In this document: positions 12,301-26,989 of the stretch, piece after piece
Layout of the letters: each line of letters begins with the position of its first letter
Position numbering within the stretch: position 1 is the stretch's first letter
NCBI GenBank assembly: GCA_030390025.1
Contig: CM059431.1
Location: forward strand, 140,432,001-140,496,000
From: Squalus acanthias
Lineage: Eukaryota
Direction of reading: 5' to 3'
Length of the DNA: 64,000 bases
Notes under the pieces: model-generated
What the model was told of the DNA's origin: nothing
Databases searched by the model: none
The model's input: the letters and a program-made list of their open reading frames with translations, nothing else
Made by a program: the position numbers and the translations under genes

Positions 12301-15300
12301 GGTGGTGACTCTACTCGAACATTATTGACGATGATTCTATTCTAATATTACTGGTGATGAGCCTACTTTATTATTACAGGTGGTGAACCTACTCTAACAT
12401 ATCTCCTGGTGACCCTACTCTAGCATTACTGGTGGTGACTCTACTATAACATATCTCGAGGTGACCCTCTTCTAACATTACTGGTGGTGAGACTACTCTA
12501 ACATTATTGGCGGTGATTCTATTCGAATATTACTGGTGATTACACTACTCTAACATTACTAGTGATGACCATAATATATCGTTAATGGTGGTGACCCTAT
12601 TATAACATTACTGGTGGTGAGCCTACCCTATGGTTACTGGTGGTTACACTACTCTATCCTTACTGGTGGTGACCCTATTCTAACATTACTGCTGTTGATG
12701 TTAATTTAACATCAATAGTCGTGACCTGCACTAACATTAGTGATGGTGAATCTACTAAAATTTTACTGCTGTTGACACAACTAAAATGTTAATGGCAGCA
12801 ACCCTACTGTCATATTACTTGTGTTTATTCTACTCTAAGACTGATGGTGACACGAATCTAACATTCGTGGTGGTGAACTTTCTCCAATATTACTGGTGGT
12901 TCATCTACTCTAACAGTACATCAGGTCTCCATATTCTGACATTACTGATGAGTACTGTACTCTAGCATTACTGCTGGGGAACGCACGCTATAATTAATAG
13001 TGTTAATCCTATTCTAACATGATGGTGATCATAATCTAACAATTTGGCGGCGACCCACTTTAACTTTACTGATGGTAACTATACGCTAGCATTAATGGTG
13101 ATGACCCTGCTCGAACATTACTTGCGGTGATCCTATTCTCACATTATTCGTGGTGACCCTACTCTAACATTAATGGTGATGACATTACTCCAGCATTATT
13201 GGTGGTGGCCCTACTCTATCATTACTGTCGGTGATTCTATTCTAACATTTCTGATGGTGACCCTACTCTAAGATTACTTATAATCACCCTACTCTAACAT
13301 TACTGCTGGGGATCCTACACTATCATTACTGGTGGTGATTCTTTTCTAACATTACTGGTGGTGACCCAGCTCTAATATTATTGGCGGTGACCCTACTCTA
13401 ACATTACTGGTGGTGACCCTACTCTAGCATTACTGGTGGTGACCCTACACTAACATTACTGCTGTTGATCCTAATTTATCATTACCTGTTGTGACCCTAC
13501 TCTAACATTACGGTGATAACCCTACTCTCGTATTACTGGTGGTGACGCTACTCTAACATTACTGGTGATGACCCTACTCAAACATTACTGGTGGTGACCC
13601 TACTCTAACATTACTGGTGGTGACCCTTCTCTAACATTAATTGTGGTGACTCTACTCTAACATTACTGGGGGTCATTCTATTCTAACATCACTGTTGATG
13701 TCACTACTCTAACATTATTGGTTATGACCCTGCTCTAACATTACTGGGGATGACCCTACTCTAACATTACTGGTGGTGACCCTACACTAACATTACTGTT
13801 GGTGACGCTAGCTGTCATTACTGGTGTTGACCCTACTCTAACATTACTGGTGGTGACCCTACACTAACATTACTGTTGATGAAACTACACCATCATTATT
13901 GGCGGTGACCCTACACTAACATTAGTTATGGCGACCCTACTCTAACATTACTGGTGGCGACCCCACACTAACATTACTGATGGTGACTGTACTCTATCAT
14001 TACTTGTGACGGGCCTATTCTATCGTTACTGCTGGTGACCTACTCTAACATTACTGCTGTTGATGTTAATTTAACATAAATAGTCGTACCAGCACTGAAA
14101 TTAGTGATGGCGAATCTACTCTCATTTTACTGCTGTTGACACTACTATAACGTTAATGGCACTAATCCTACTGTAATATTACTTGTGTTGATTCTACTCT
14201 AGGACTGATGGTATCCCGAATCTAATATTAGTCGTGGTGATCTTATCCAATGTTTCTGTTGGTGCATCTACTCTAACATTACATGTGGTCTCCATACTCT
14301 GACGTTACTGATGAGTACTTTACTATAACATTACTGCTAGGGAAGGCACGCTATAATAAATAGTGTTAATCCTATTCGAACATGGTGGTGATCATAATCT
14401 AACAATTTGGAGGCAGCCCACTCTAACTTTACTGATGATAACTATACGCTAACATTAATGGTGTTGGCCCTATTCTAACATTACTGGCGTTGATCCTATT
14501 CTAATATTATTGCTGATGACCATACTCTATCATTACTGATGGTGACTCTACTCTAACATTACTGGTGGTGGCCCTACTCTAACATTACTGGTTGTGATCC
14601 TATTCTAGCATTAATCGTAGAGACCATACTCTATCATTAATGGTGATGAACTTACTATAACATTATAGATGGTGGCCCTAATCTATCATTACTGGTGGTG
14701 ATTATATTCTAACATTTTTGGTGGTGACCCTATTCTAACATTACTGGTGGTGACCCTACTCTATCATTATGGTGGTGACCCTACACTAACATTACTGGTG
14801 GTGACCCAGCTCTAACATTACTGGCGGTGACTCTAATCTTACATTGCTGGTGGTGACCCTAATCTATAATTACTGGTGGTGACACTACTGTAACATTAAT
14901 GGCGGTGAACCTACTCTAACATTACTGGTGGCGACCCTAATCTAACATTACTGGTGGTAACTCTACTCTATCATTACTGGTGGTAAGCCTACTCTATCGT
15001 TACTGGTGGTGACCCTACCCTAACATTACTGGTGGTGATTCTATTCTCACGTTAATATTTATGACCATCATCTAACATTACTGGTGGTGACCATACTCTA
15101 TCATTAATGGTAGTTACCCAACTCTAACATTACTGGTGGTGACCCTACACGAACATTACTGGTGGTGACCCTAATCTAACATTACTGTCGGTGACTCTAC
15201 TCTATCATCACTGGTGGTGACCCTACTCTAACATCACTGGTGCTGAGCCTATTCTAACATCACTGTTGGTGACCCCACTCTAACATTACTGGTGTTGATG

Positions 15301-16983
15301 TTAATTTAACATCAGTAGTCGTGACCCCGCACGAACATTAGTGATGGTGAATATACTCTAATTTTACTGCTGTTGACAATACTAAAATGTTAATGTCAGC
15401 ATCCCTACTGTATTATTACTTGTATTTATTCTACTCTAATACGGATGGTGACCCGAATCTAACATTAGTGGTGGTGTCCTTACTCCAATATTATTGGTGG
15501 TACATCAACTCTAAAATTACATGCGGTTTCCATACTCTGACGTTACTGATGAGTACTGTACTCTAAAATTTCAGCTGGTGAACGCACTATAAAATTAATA
15601 GAGTTCATCCTATTCTAACATGGTGGTGATAAAAATCTAACAAATTGGCGGCTACCCACTCTAACTTTACTGATGGTAACTCGACGCTAACATTAATGGT
15701 GTTGGCCTTATCCTATCATTATTGGCGCTAATCTTTTCAAATATTATTGGTGATGATCCTACTTTAACATTACTGGTGAGGATACTGCACTAACATTACT
15801 GGCGGTGATCCTATTCTATCATTAATGGTGGAGACCCTACGCTAACATAAATGATGATGACCTTAGTCTAACATTACTGATGGTGGCCCTACTCTATCAT
15901 TACTGATGGTGGCCCTATTCTATTATTACTGGTGGTGATCCTATTCTAACATTTCTGGTGATGACCCTGCTCTAACATTTCTGGTAGTGACTATACTCTT
16001 ACATTAGTGGTGGTGACCCTACTCTAACATTACTGGTGGTCACCCTACCCTAACATTACTGGTTGTGACCCTACCCTAACATTATTGGTGGTGACTCTAT
16101 TCTATCATTACTGGTGGTGACCCTACACTAACATTGCTGATAGTGACTCTACTCTAACATTACTGGTGGTGACCCTACACTAACATTACTGGTGGTTACC
16201 CTACTCAATCATGAATGTTGGTGACCCTACACTATCATTACTGGTGATGAAGCTACTCTAACATTACTGGCGGTGACCCTACTCTAACATTACTGGTGAT
16301 GACCATACTCTAACATCACTGGTGGTGACTCTACTCTAACATTACTGGCGATGATTCTTTTCTAATATTACTCGTGATGACCCTAATCTATCATTAATGG
16401 TGGTGACCCTAATCTAACATTATTGTTGGTGATTCTACTCTAGCATTTCTGTTTGTGACCTGACTCTAACATTACTGTTATTGATGTTAATTTAACATCA
16501 ATAGTCGTGACCCGCACTAACATTAGTGATGGTGAATCTAGTCGAATTTTACTGATGTTGACACTACAAAAATGTTAATGACCGCAACCCTTCTGTAATA
16601 TTACTCGTGTTTATTCTAATCTAAGACTGTTGGTGACCCGAATCTAACATTACTGGTGGTGACCCTACTCTATCTTTACTGGCAGTGACACTACTCTATT
16701 ATTACTGGTGATGACCCTACTCTAACATTAATGGTGATGACCCTACTCTAACATTACTGGTAATGTCTCTACTCTAGCATTACTGGTGGTGACTTTGCTC
16801 CAACATTACTTCTGATGACAATACTCTAACATTACTGTTGATGACCCTACTCCATCATTACTGGTGGTGCCACTACACTATCATTATTGGTGTTGACCCT
16901 ACTCTAACATTACTGGTGATGAACCTTCTCTAACATTATTGACGGTGAATCTTCACATACATTACTGGTGGCGACCCTACTCT
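9380..16983. repeat. 26-bp satellite array (consensus AACATTACTGGTGGTGACCCTACTCT), roughly 290 units, with higher-order structure
   Basis: Directly visible tandem units; a diverged block recurs at 10118, 11485, 12697, 14062, 15297 and 16483. Confidence 0.95.
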
Positions 16984-16985
16984 GA

Positions 16986-17365
16986 TGTGGCTCAGTGGGT
17001 AACACACTTGCCTCTGAGTCAGAAGGTTGTGGGTTCAAGTCACACTCCAGGGACTTGAACACATAAATCTAGGCTGACACTCCAGTGCAGTGCTGAGGGA
17101 ATGCTGCACTGTCGGATGATGCCGTCTTTCGGCTGAGACGTTAAACCGAGGCCCCGTCTGCTCTCTCAAGTGGACGTAAAATATCCCACGGCACTGCTTC
17201 GAAGAAGAGCAGCGGAGTTATCCCCGGTGTCCTTTGTCAATATTTATCCCTCACCCAACAGTATATCCAACATTACAACAGGGACTGCAAACCAATAAGT
17301 ATTTCATTGGCTGTTAAGCGCTTTGAGACGTCCGGTGGTCGTGAAAAGGCGCTATGTAAATGCAA
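16986..17365 (+). mobile_element. tRNA-derived SINE (SacSINE1/DeuSINE-like)
   Basis: A box GTGGCTCAGTGG, B box GGTTCAAGTC and an L2-like tail (aagcgctttgag...gcgctatgtaaatgcaa); five copies in the window. Confidence 0.8.
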
Positions 17366-18464
17366 TTCAGAATTAAAGGCGTCCAGAAAATTATAACACA
17401 TTACCAAAATAATCAGAGTGACCTAAAAGAAAACATATATCGTACTATGCAAAATAAACGTAAACTATATAAATCAACCAACATGTAAATGTGTGTGTGC
17501 AAGAGATAAAATTCCTTGAAAAGTGAGTGAGATCACCGCATAACCACATATGACTTTAAGCATCAACTCGCTCCACCACCGGCGCACTGTGGCTGCAGTG
17601 TGTACCATCTACAGGTTGAACTGCAGTAGCACATCGAGGCTTCTTCGGCAGCCCACCAGGGTCTCACTAGAAGGACAAGAGCAGTAGGTAAATGGTGGCA
17701 GCATCACCTCCAAGTCACATACTATCTCAACTTGGATATATATCGCTGTTCCTTCAAAGCCGCTGAGTCAAAATCCTGGAACTCCCTCCCTAACAGCACT
17801 GGGGGAGTACCATCATCACACGGAATCTTCTGAAGGGCTACTAGGGATGAGCAATAAATTCCAGCCTTTCCAGTGACGCCCATATCCAGCGACTCACTTT
17901 CAATGCAGCCACGTTCCCCGGTTAGTACTCCTAGCGAAATCGCACATCTGATCTTACTGAAGGTATTTATATTAATTATAATTGCATAGCGTTATAACAC
18001 AGAAATAGACTATTCTGGTCTATTCCCGTGTTTATACTCCACATCAACCTCCATCCACCCCTCTTCAGCTCACCTTATTATCATATCCTTCTATTCCATT
18101 CTCGGACATGTGCTTATCTAGCTTCCCCTTAAGGTCACTAATTTCGCTAGGAATAGAGACGGGAATAAATCTTCAACAGCTGATTAATGATGTCCCAATA
18201 CATTGTTACTGGAACCAATTTTTTTGAAGACGTCTTGAAATTAGATCATTGCTAATTGAAATCGTGACCTACTTGAGAATGAGTAAAATAATAATAGAAA
18301 TGGTTTAATCAGTGCTTTTGGTTTTCCCATTTGATATCCGGGACCCGTAAAACTTCTTGTCTTTGAATAAGTTCGGGAGCCTCACTGGGACTTTCCTTGA
18401 ACCGGATTGCGGGTGAATATGGAGACTTGATGATTCCCCCTTCAGTTCTCAGTGAAGTCTCCAT
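17364..18464 (-). pseudogene. Truncated inverted MS4A-like pseudogene copy (first two coding exons: 18464-18310 and 17422-17364)
   Basis: The minus strand reads METSLRTEGGII...(frameshifted)...TRSFTGPGYQMGKPKAL with the donor site deleted, then tcttttag|VTLIILV..IIFWTPLILN, cut off at a SINE. The DNA aligns to 31831-31995 and 33823-33880. Confidence 0.75.
17555..17890 (+). mobile_element. LINE 3' fragment; mirror copy at 32275-32630 (-)
   Basis: WNSLP-type terminal coding remnant plus an aataaa...gacgcccatatcc tail; same 5' truncation point as the mirror copy. Confidence 0.7.
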
Positions 18465-20251
18465 GTTCCAAGTAAAGACAGGATAATAAACACTTAGTAA
18501 ATAAGAAGGAAGTTCTACACACATTAATATGCCAACATGTCGCTTAATAATGACTAAAGAATACTCTTTATGATTTTACTGTCTGACACTGGCAATTTGT
18601 GACACTTTAACCAAGCTGGCACCGAATCTATAATTGTATATTTCTAATTCAATTAATTTCGATTGTACTTATTAATGTGATGATTTTATGTCATGTTCAT
18701 GAAGTTCTTTTCTTCCAATCTGGAGAAGTGCTTCGATTTCACGATTCTCGTGTTGAGGATTTTAATATTTCAGTTCATAAAACCAGAAAAAAAAACTAAA
18801 CCTCTGAAGTCATCTTTGTTCCCCAGTCTTGAAATTTAGACGTAGGAATGAATTGGGCGCCAATTGATCAACATATTGTTGTTGCCTTCAATTTTTTTTG
18901 CTGTCTGATATTCGTGCTGAAATCGCTAGCGTCTTGGTTTGAAAGAGATTTCGCTCCAATTATCAACCAAAATAATATTTCCAGGGACACATTTAGGTTA
19001 ATCTTCATATGAAGCAGAGTGAAAATCTTCCCACTTACGTTACATCCTTTTGTCTATCATTTTAATATTAAAAGACTTTAAAAAACTTATTAATATTAAT
19101 GTATGAGGTTACACTGTCCATTCAAATAACAATTAACATAATTGCATCAATGTAAAAATTAGTGTTTCAATTCAGTTGAACATATGCAAGTTAAGGCAAT
19201 TGTTTTAATTCTACTTTGTGTGAAGTAGAAATTGAATAAACAGATGTTACAAATAAACTGACGGGATAAGATCCTTCTATTTGCCGGGGAGAGAGAGAGA
19301 GAGAGATTTTGGTGCAAATAGCTTCACTCTCTTCTAATTTAAAAATGCAACATTACCTTGAGCAGGCATTTTAATTTACTTCTGACGTTCGAAACAACAG
19401 TCATCCAAAAACAAGGTATAGAAATAGAAACGTATAGAAGTTACGACACAATACAACAGGCCTGTCGTCCTCACGACTCACTGTTGGCGTTTAACCTCAA
19501 AGCGGACAAATTACCGAAAATAGAATTTGAGAAAAAGGACCTTGTTACAAACTCAGTACTTATATTCAGTAAACAGCCGGCTGTGAAGGATTCAACCACA
19601 GCTTGGAATTTCTACATATAAATGTTAGCATAGAAAATTCTTATCATTACACAGGGAATATTGTGTGTAATGGTTGGATTACATTTAAAACATGAGCGTC
19701 ACTGAAACTTTCAGGCTGAAGATATGCAACAATCCGAGAAAATGCTGTACTATTTATGCAGATAAACTTATCACATTTTTATATATATTTTAACTTTGAG
19801 CGACATCAGACGATATCGAAAAGGCTTTTATACGGCCCCGTCAGATTTTCAATATTAAGTCAGCATAAATTACTTGAGATTATCCATCACCGAACGGGAC
19901 TCTGCCTCCTGTTTTAGAGCCCGAGAGTCTTTAGGGACACATGGGTAATTCTGCCGGAGCTAACGGAAATTAGCGATTGGGTCGCGTTCGGGGCCGGTTT
20001 GGGACATGTTCACTGGTATTGTAAATCGGACTCATTGGGTCACTGGCCTGCTTTTATGTCGTAACTTCTGTGTATTCTTTGGGTCAATAGCATCTCACAG
20101 CATGAGTCCTATCCCTTCATCTTATCTGGACCTGTTCTAAGCATTTCAATTCAGAGGAGAAGAACAGGTATTTGAAAGAAACATGGCACGAATACTGACC
20201 TCCAATGTGAGTCTGGAAATTACCCATTGTCCTATCAGAGGAGAGACGTTT

Positions 20252-20503
20252 CGGGGGTAAAATAGGACATGTGAGGTGAAGTAAAGCAGGTTGGAATCCC
20301 ATTTCCGGACTGTTATACGAACCCTATGATTTTCATTTTTATTGATGCCTCAGGGACTGAAAATCGGGCGGAACATATATCAGGCGACCCATGCGATACC
20401 ACCATTGAAGGCAATGGGACTGAATATCGGGCGGAACATATATCAAGCGACCCATGCGATAACACCTGATTTTTATTTGCGCCCAAGGCCAATTTTACAC
20501 CCC
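20252..20503. mobile_element. Short MITE with an internal 63-bp-period duplication
   Basis: Ends are GGGGGTAAAAT and AATTTTACACCCC; GGGACTGAA.ATCGGGCGGAACATATATCA occurs at 20353 and 20416; absent from the mirror arm near 30310. Confidence 0.65.
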
Positions 20504-21464
20504 TCCGAATTTCCTGAAAATATTCCTCTTTGGTTATTTTATCGGAATGTTATATATTTCAAAGAAAGCATTTGGTACTGGAAATTAAATTGGAAAGCGC
20601 ATTTTCATACGAATGAGTGCAGTGTTCACCCGCTATTGTCCAATTATCCATTACACCTGTTTTGGTTTCCCACCTATGTTCAATTTCAACCGCATGATGG
20701 TCTACCGTTTAATTTTGGTTCATCTGTTATGGAGACTTCAGAGAGACTTCTAGCCTTTACAATGGCTAGAATTTGCAGGCAATCGACCGCTCTTTGGGCT
20801 GAGTACACTTTAGGTAGAGGTAAATGTATTAGCACTCTGCTACTGAACATAATACTGACGTGTTAGTTTTGTTTAGTTTTTATAACAAAATCTGATCTAT
20901 TTAGTTGTGGAAATAAAGTTGACTATCAACCAGCGGTAGATGGTGTAAAGACAATGTTCTGACCAAAAAGTGCATGACTGCAAGAGAGACTAAATGTTCA
21001 TGTTCTTGTTTCCTGTTCTCACATTCACTCCGTGCATCTGACGATTCAATTACCTATCTCGGTTTAGGTGGTAATCTGCAATGTGACTTTAAGACGGCCG
21101 GGCACGCACGTCCGCATGGCATCATCTGGGTCAGGGCTGTGCTTTGTAGCAGCTTCTGCACACTGTCAATAGCAACCGAAACACAGCCCGTGGTTTCAGC
21201 AGCTGCACATTTTTGTGGATGTTGAGAATCCAGCACAATGGGACTGCACCCGCTTGATTCCATTCTTAACTATCCAACTACAGCCACAGTATCTACAGCA
21301 ATGGCTGCTCCCCATTGTTACATTTGGGGTTTCCCACAAAGAAATAAGCTTCGCCCTCTCCCCTTCCTCATTCACAACTGTCCGTTGGAGACATCATCCC
21401 AAGACTTAGAGTCAGCATCCAGATGTGCTGAAGTCGCAAATCTCGGAATCTTATGCCTTTGAAT

Positions 21465-23250
21465 ATAAAAGAGGAAGAAGGGTGTTCCAATTGAGGATTT
21501 TAAGATAATTAAAGTATTTGACAAGGTAGATAGAATTTAAAAAAATGGTGGGGGGAGTCCAGAAATAGTGGACACAGCCGTAAGATTGGAGCTAGTAAAA
21601 TTCAGGATGTTAGGAAGCACGTCTTCACTCAAAGGATAGTGGAAATCTGGAACACTCTACCCAAAAAAAGCTGTATAGGCTGGGGGTTAATTGAAAATGT
21701 AAAACTGAGTTTAATAGATTTGTGTTAGCAACGGTATTGAAGGTTACAGAACCAAGGCCGGTGGATGGAGTTAAGATACAGATCAGCCAATACCGAATGG
21801 AATGGTGGGATAGGCTCCAGGGGTTGAATGGCCTCATCAGTTCCCTATGTTCCTAAATCCAAAATACTGCTGGTCTTTTTCATGACTTTACCTACCTGCA
21901 TGGGTACTTCTGGTTCTCCATTAAATATATGCGACCATTGATTACAAAATCTAATATGTCACACTTATCCACATTAAACACCATCTGTCATCTCTATCCC
22001 CAGTTCTCCAATCTGTTTTCCTGAAGGTGCTCACAATCCTGATCGATGTTTAACAAACCCTTTCCTTTTGTGCTGTTAGCAAATTGAGAGATTATTCTTG
22101 CTATTTTCAAATTTACATCATCTAAATACACAAAACAGAAAACGGGATTCCTGTGGTACACTTCGAACCCAACTCCAAACTTTCTCACTCTAACTAACAT
22201 TAATTTAGCCTAACTTTTTGATACTTGTCAATCAGCCGCCGTTATATCCATGCTGCAGCATCTTTTCTGATCCAGAAGGTCTGATATTTCTCGGGTGTAG
22301 TTACAGGACAGTTAACTATAAAAAGAAGCGAACCATTTTGTTCTTCAAGAAAACCTTGGTCAGGCCTCAGTTAGAAAACGGTGTCCAATTTTGGTCCCCT
22401 CACATGGTGAACTTGAGGATAGAATTGGTGCAGAGGAAGGCCCCGCCTTTAATACCCTGTTTGAAGCATCCTAGGCTCAAAGAAATGGGTCTGTACACTT
22501 TGGAGAAGCTTCGACTTAGTGGTGACTTGATTAAGGTTTATAAGATGATGATGGGATCAAGTTGTCTTTCTCTAGAAAAAATGCTTCAGCTAAATAGTTT
22601 AGGATGGACCAGGAGTCAAAATCTGAAGTTGTATCCTGCCAGATCTAGTTACGATTTCAGGAGATAGTTCTTTTTATCATAGAATAGTGCTCCTGTGGAA
22701 CAGGCTTGTGCGGTGGACGCCGAGTCGCTGAATTCCATTAAGCGAGGGCTGGATCTACTGTGGGCGGGTGCGGAGGGCACCTCGTACAACGGAAAGGTAC
22801 CTGATAAAGTTAATCCGGGCCGGTATGATGCCCTAGACTAATTTTAATCCCATAAACGGATCTGAGAGGAAATTTCCAGATTTTCGATTCATGATCCTGG
22901 GTTTTGATCTGTTTTGTCGCCTCTTCCAGTAGATCACATGGTTTTGGGTGGGGAGTTGAGTTTATATATTGGGAAGCAAAAGATATCACAACTGCACGGG
23001 ACAGGCTGGATGGACTAGTAGGTCTCTTCCTGTCCGCAATTTTTTGTATGTTCCTAACAAACCTTTTGTGGAAAACATTATTAAAAACCTGACAAAAATG
23101 TATACTATGAATTTACTTCATACTCTCCATCTTTACAATCGGTTACTTTTTTTAAAGATGTTGTACAAGTTCTTAAATATGACTTGACTTTCTTAAATCC
23201 ATGCAGACAGCCCTTAAATTAACCCTTGCATTTCTAAATCCTCACTAATT
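21465..23250. mobile_element. Cluster of CR1-type fragments (21465-21855 +, ~21860-22240 -, ~22290-23055 +, ~23055-23250 -)
   Basis: LVRPQLE..VQFWSP in ORF 22218-22667 and CR1 3' ends; fills the axis of the inverted duplication. Confidence 0.7.
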
Positions 23251-24124
23251 TTATCTCGGTTTCTTGATTTGAAGCGTTTGTCCAACGACTGACGTTTGTA
23301 CTCGGGTTACAGATTGGCGCAAAGTTCCGATCTAACGCCAGCGACCCAAATTGGGAGACGGCCTCAAACTGAGATATCAGACCAAAATCAGCAATCATCA
23401 GAAATCCTTGCAGCGTCTCAACAGAACCCAAACTGACTGAACTCCAAATAAATGAACAAAAAATAGTAACCATCTCTCTGCTTCACTGTTTTTTTGCAGA
23501 AATAGATTCGACACAATTTAAACTCAAACTGCAAACCTCCAAAAGATGTGCAGCTGCTGAAACCACTGGCTGTGGTTGAATTGCTATTGACAATGTACCG
23601 AAACTGCTGCAAAGCACAGGCCTGACCCAGATAATTTCATGCGGACGTGCGAGTCCCGCCGTCTTCGAATAACATTGTCGATCACCACATTAACCCAGAT
23701 GGGTTATTGATTGGTCGGATGTAGCGAGTGAAGGTGAGAACAGGAAGCAAGAAAATTAACATTTACTTGTTCTCACAGTCAGGCAATTATTTGGTACAAA
23801 CATCCCTGTATACCGGCCACCACTCGGGCACAGTCAGCATTATTCCCTAACTAAATGGAATCAGAGAATGGTGCAGCACAAATGGAGGACATTCGGCCGA
23901 TCACGCCCGTGCCGGCAGATATCTGACACATTCCGTTGTGAAAACGAAATAACAAAACAAGTACGCAAGTATTGCGTCAGTGCCAGAGTGCTGACCCCTT
24001 GAACTCCGCCATTATCGACCTACAGCGTACTGGGCCCATCGTGAGGAGAATTGGCCGCACGTTTAAGCAGCTGAAAAGGGAAAGGTCGTTTATTTAGCGT
24101 TCTCGGTAACTAAGCGTCATGATT

Positions 24125-24527
24125 TGGGCAGTGATTCTATACTCACCGTTGAGTTAGAAGGTTGAGGGCTAGATTCCCACTCCAGCACAAAATCTAGGTT
24201 GACACTCCCAGTGCCAGTACTGAGGGAATGCTGCACTATCGGAGGTGCCGTCTTCCAGAAGAGACTTTAAAGAAAGTCTCCGTCTATTTCGAAGCAGAGC
24301 AGAGGAGTTCTCCCTGATATCTTGGGACCAATATTTACCCCTCAAACAACATCACTAAAAAACAGTTTGTGTGGTCAATATCACGTTGCTGTTCGTGAGT
24401 CCTTGCTGTGCGCAAGGTAGCTGTCACCCTTCCTACATCACAACAGTGACCTTGCATCAAAACTACTTAATTCGCTGTAAAGTGCGTTGGTCCCGAGGTC
24501 GTGAAAGGTGCTATAGAAATCCAAGTT
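24125..24527 (+). mobile_element. tRNA-derived SINE, same family, decayed
   Basis: Aligns to 16986-17365. Confidence 0.75.
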
Positions 24528-26989
24528 GAAGTTTAAATAGCATCATAGAATAGGACAGCATAGATGGAGGCCATTCGGTCTATCCAGTCAGTGCCGGCTC
24601 TTTCGAAGAGCAATCCAGTTATTCCCACTCCCCGCTCTTTTTCCATATCCCTGCAATTCTTTCTCCTTCAAGTATTTATCAAATTCCCTTTTGAAGACTA
24701 CTATTGAATCGGTTTCCTCTACCCTATCAGGCAGCGCATTCCAAATACTAACCACGTGTTGCATTAACGTTTACCTTTATGTCGCCTCTGGTCCTCCCGA
24801 CAATTACGTTAAATCTGTGCCCTCAGGTTATCGATCCATAAGTCATTGGCAGCAGTTTCTCTTTATTTACTCTATCTAAACCCTTCATGGTTTTAAATAA
24901 CTCAATCAGATCTCTGCTTAGCATTCTCTGCTCTGAGGAGAAGAACCCCAGCTTCTCTAGTCTGTCCACGTGACTGTAATCCCTCAACCCTGGAACAATT
25001 CTAGTAAATCTCTTCTGCACCCTCTCCAAAGTCTTCAGCTCCTTCCGAAAGTGTTTTGCCCAGAATTGTACACAATATTCCCGCTGGGACCGAACGAGTG
25101 TTTTATATAGATTTCGCATAACTTCCTGGCTTTTGTACTCTATGACTCTATTTATTAAACCCAGGATCCATATGCTTAATAAATTGCTTTATTAACATAA
25201 ACGGACACCTTCAAATATTTGCACAAATGCGGGCAGGACTCTCTATTCCTACACCCCCTTTAAAATTGTACCTTTTAGCTTTTATTGTCGCACACATTCT
25301 TCCTAACGAATTGGATTAGCTCTCACTGTTCTGCGTTGAATTTCATCCGCCACGTGTCCGCCCATTCCACCAGCCTGGCTATGTCCTCTTGAAGTCTATT
25401 ACTATCTTACTCACTGGTTATTACACGTCCAAGTTTCGTGTCAAATGCAAATTTCGACATTAAATCCTGTAACCCCAAGTCCAAGTCAGTAATGTATATC
25501 AAAAACAGGAGTGGGCCTAGTACTGAATCCTGGTGAACAACAGTACAGTTCCCTCGATTACAAAAACGAGCCATTCATCACAACTCTCTGGTTTCTATCC
25601 CTCAACCAATTTTGTGTCCATGCTGCTACTGCCCTCTTTAAAATGGGTTTCAATTTTGCTAACAAGACAAATATGCATTATTTCTCAAATCCTTTTGAAA
25701 GTCCATATATACAACATCAGCTGCACTGCCATCATCCACCCTCTCTGTTACTTCATAAAAAAACTCAATCAACTTGATCAAACAGGAATTGCCCTTAACC
25801 AATCCGTGCAGGCTCTCCTTAATTAGTCCATGCTTGTCAAAGTGGCTGGTAATCAGCTCCCGGATTCCCCACCACGGACGTTAAACTGGCATGATTGTAA
25901 TTGCCATCCTGCTCCATTTTTTGAACAAGGATGCAACATTTGCAATCCTCCTGACCTCTGGCGCCACCCCGGTATCTGGCAAGTTTGATCCAAAATTGGC
26001 TCAGTGGCAGGAATCAAAAGGTAATGATCGACGGATGTTTTTGTGATTGGAAGTCTGTTTCCAGTGTGGTTCCGGAGGGCTGAATGCGAAGGTCCTTGCT
26101 TTTTGTTGTTTATATGATTGTTTTAGCCTTCAATGTAGGGGGCATGATGAAGAAGTTTACAGATGATACAACAATAGCCGTGTGGTTGATGGTGAGGATG
26201 AAAGCTGCAGACTGCAGGAAGATATAAATGGCTGGTCAGATGGACAGAAAGTGGCAACTGGAATGCAATCGGTGAAGTATGAAGTAATGTCTTTGGGGAG
26301 AGCTAACAAGGCAATGGAATACCCAATGAATTGTAGGATACTGAGAAGTGTTGAGGAAAAGAGGGTCCTTGGAGTGCATGTCCACAGATCCCTGAACGTA
26401 GCAGGACAGGCAGACAAGGTTGGCTAAGAAGGCATTCGGAATAATTTCCCTTATTAGCTGAAGCATTAAATATAAGAGCAGGGAAATTATGCTTGAACTG
26501 TATAAAACCTTACTTAGGCCACAGCTAGAGTACTGCGTACAGATCTGGTCACCATATTACAGGGATAACGTGATTGTACCGGAGAGAACCAGAGGAGAAT
26601 TGCGAGGCTGTTGCCAGGACTGGAGAAATTTAGCTATGAGAAAAGATTGGATAGGCTGGGGTTGATTTCTTTGGAACAGAGGAGGCTGAGGAGAGACTTG
26701 ATTGAGGTGTATAAAATTATGAGGATGCTAAATCGAGCGGAGAGGAAGGACTTATTTACACAGCAGAGAGGTAAATAACAAGGGGGCATAGAGTTAATGT
26801 ATTAGGTAGAAGGATTAGAGGGGAGATGAAGAGAAGCTTTTTAACCCAGAGGGTGGTGGGGTTCTGGAACTCACTGCCTGAAAGGGCGGTAGAGGCAGAA
26901 ACGCTCAATACATTTTAAAAGTACTTGGATATAGACTTGAAGTGCTGTAACCTACAAGGCTACAGACCAAGAGCTGGAAAGTGAGATAG

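Noticed and set aside
9380..16983. CRISPR-like appearance of the long repeat array
   Set aside because: Units are directly adjacent with no unique spacers, there are no cas genes, and the context is vertebrate; it is a satellite.
16986..17060. Possible tRNA gene
   Set aside because: The A/B boxes are the head of a multi-copy SINE, and no full cloverleaf is evident.
20342..20866. 174-aa ORF with an internal repeat
   Set aside because: It starts in a MITE internal duplication and runs into non-coding arm sequence; no protein features.
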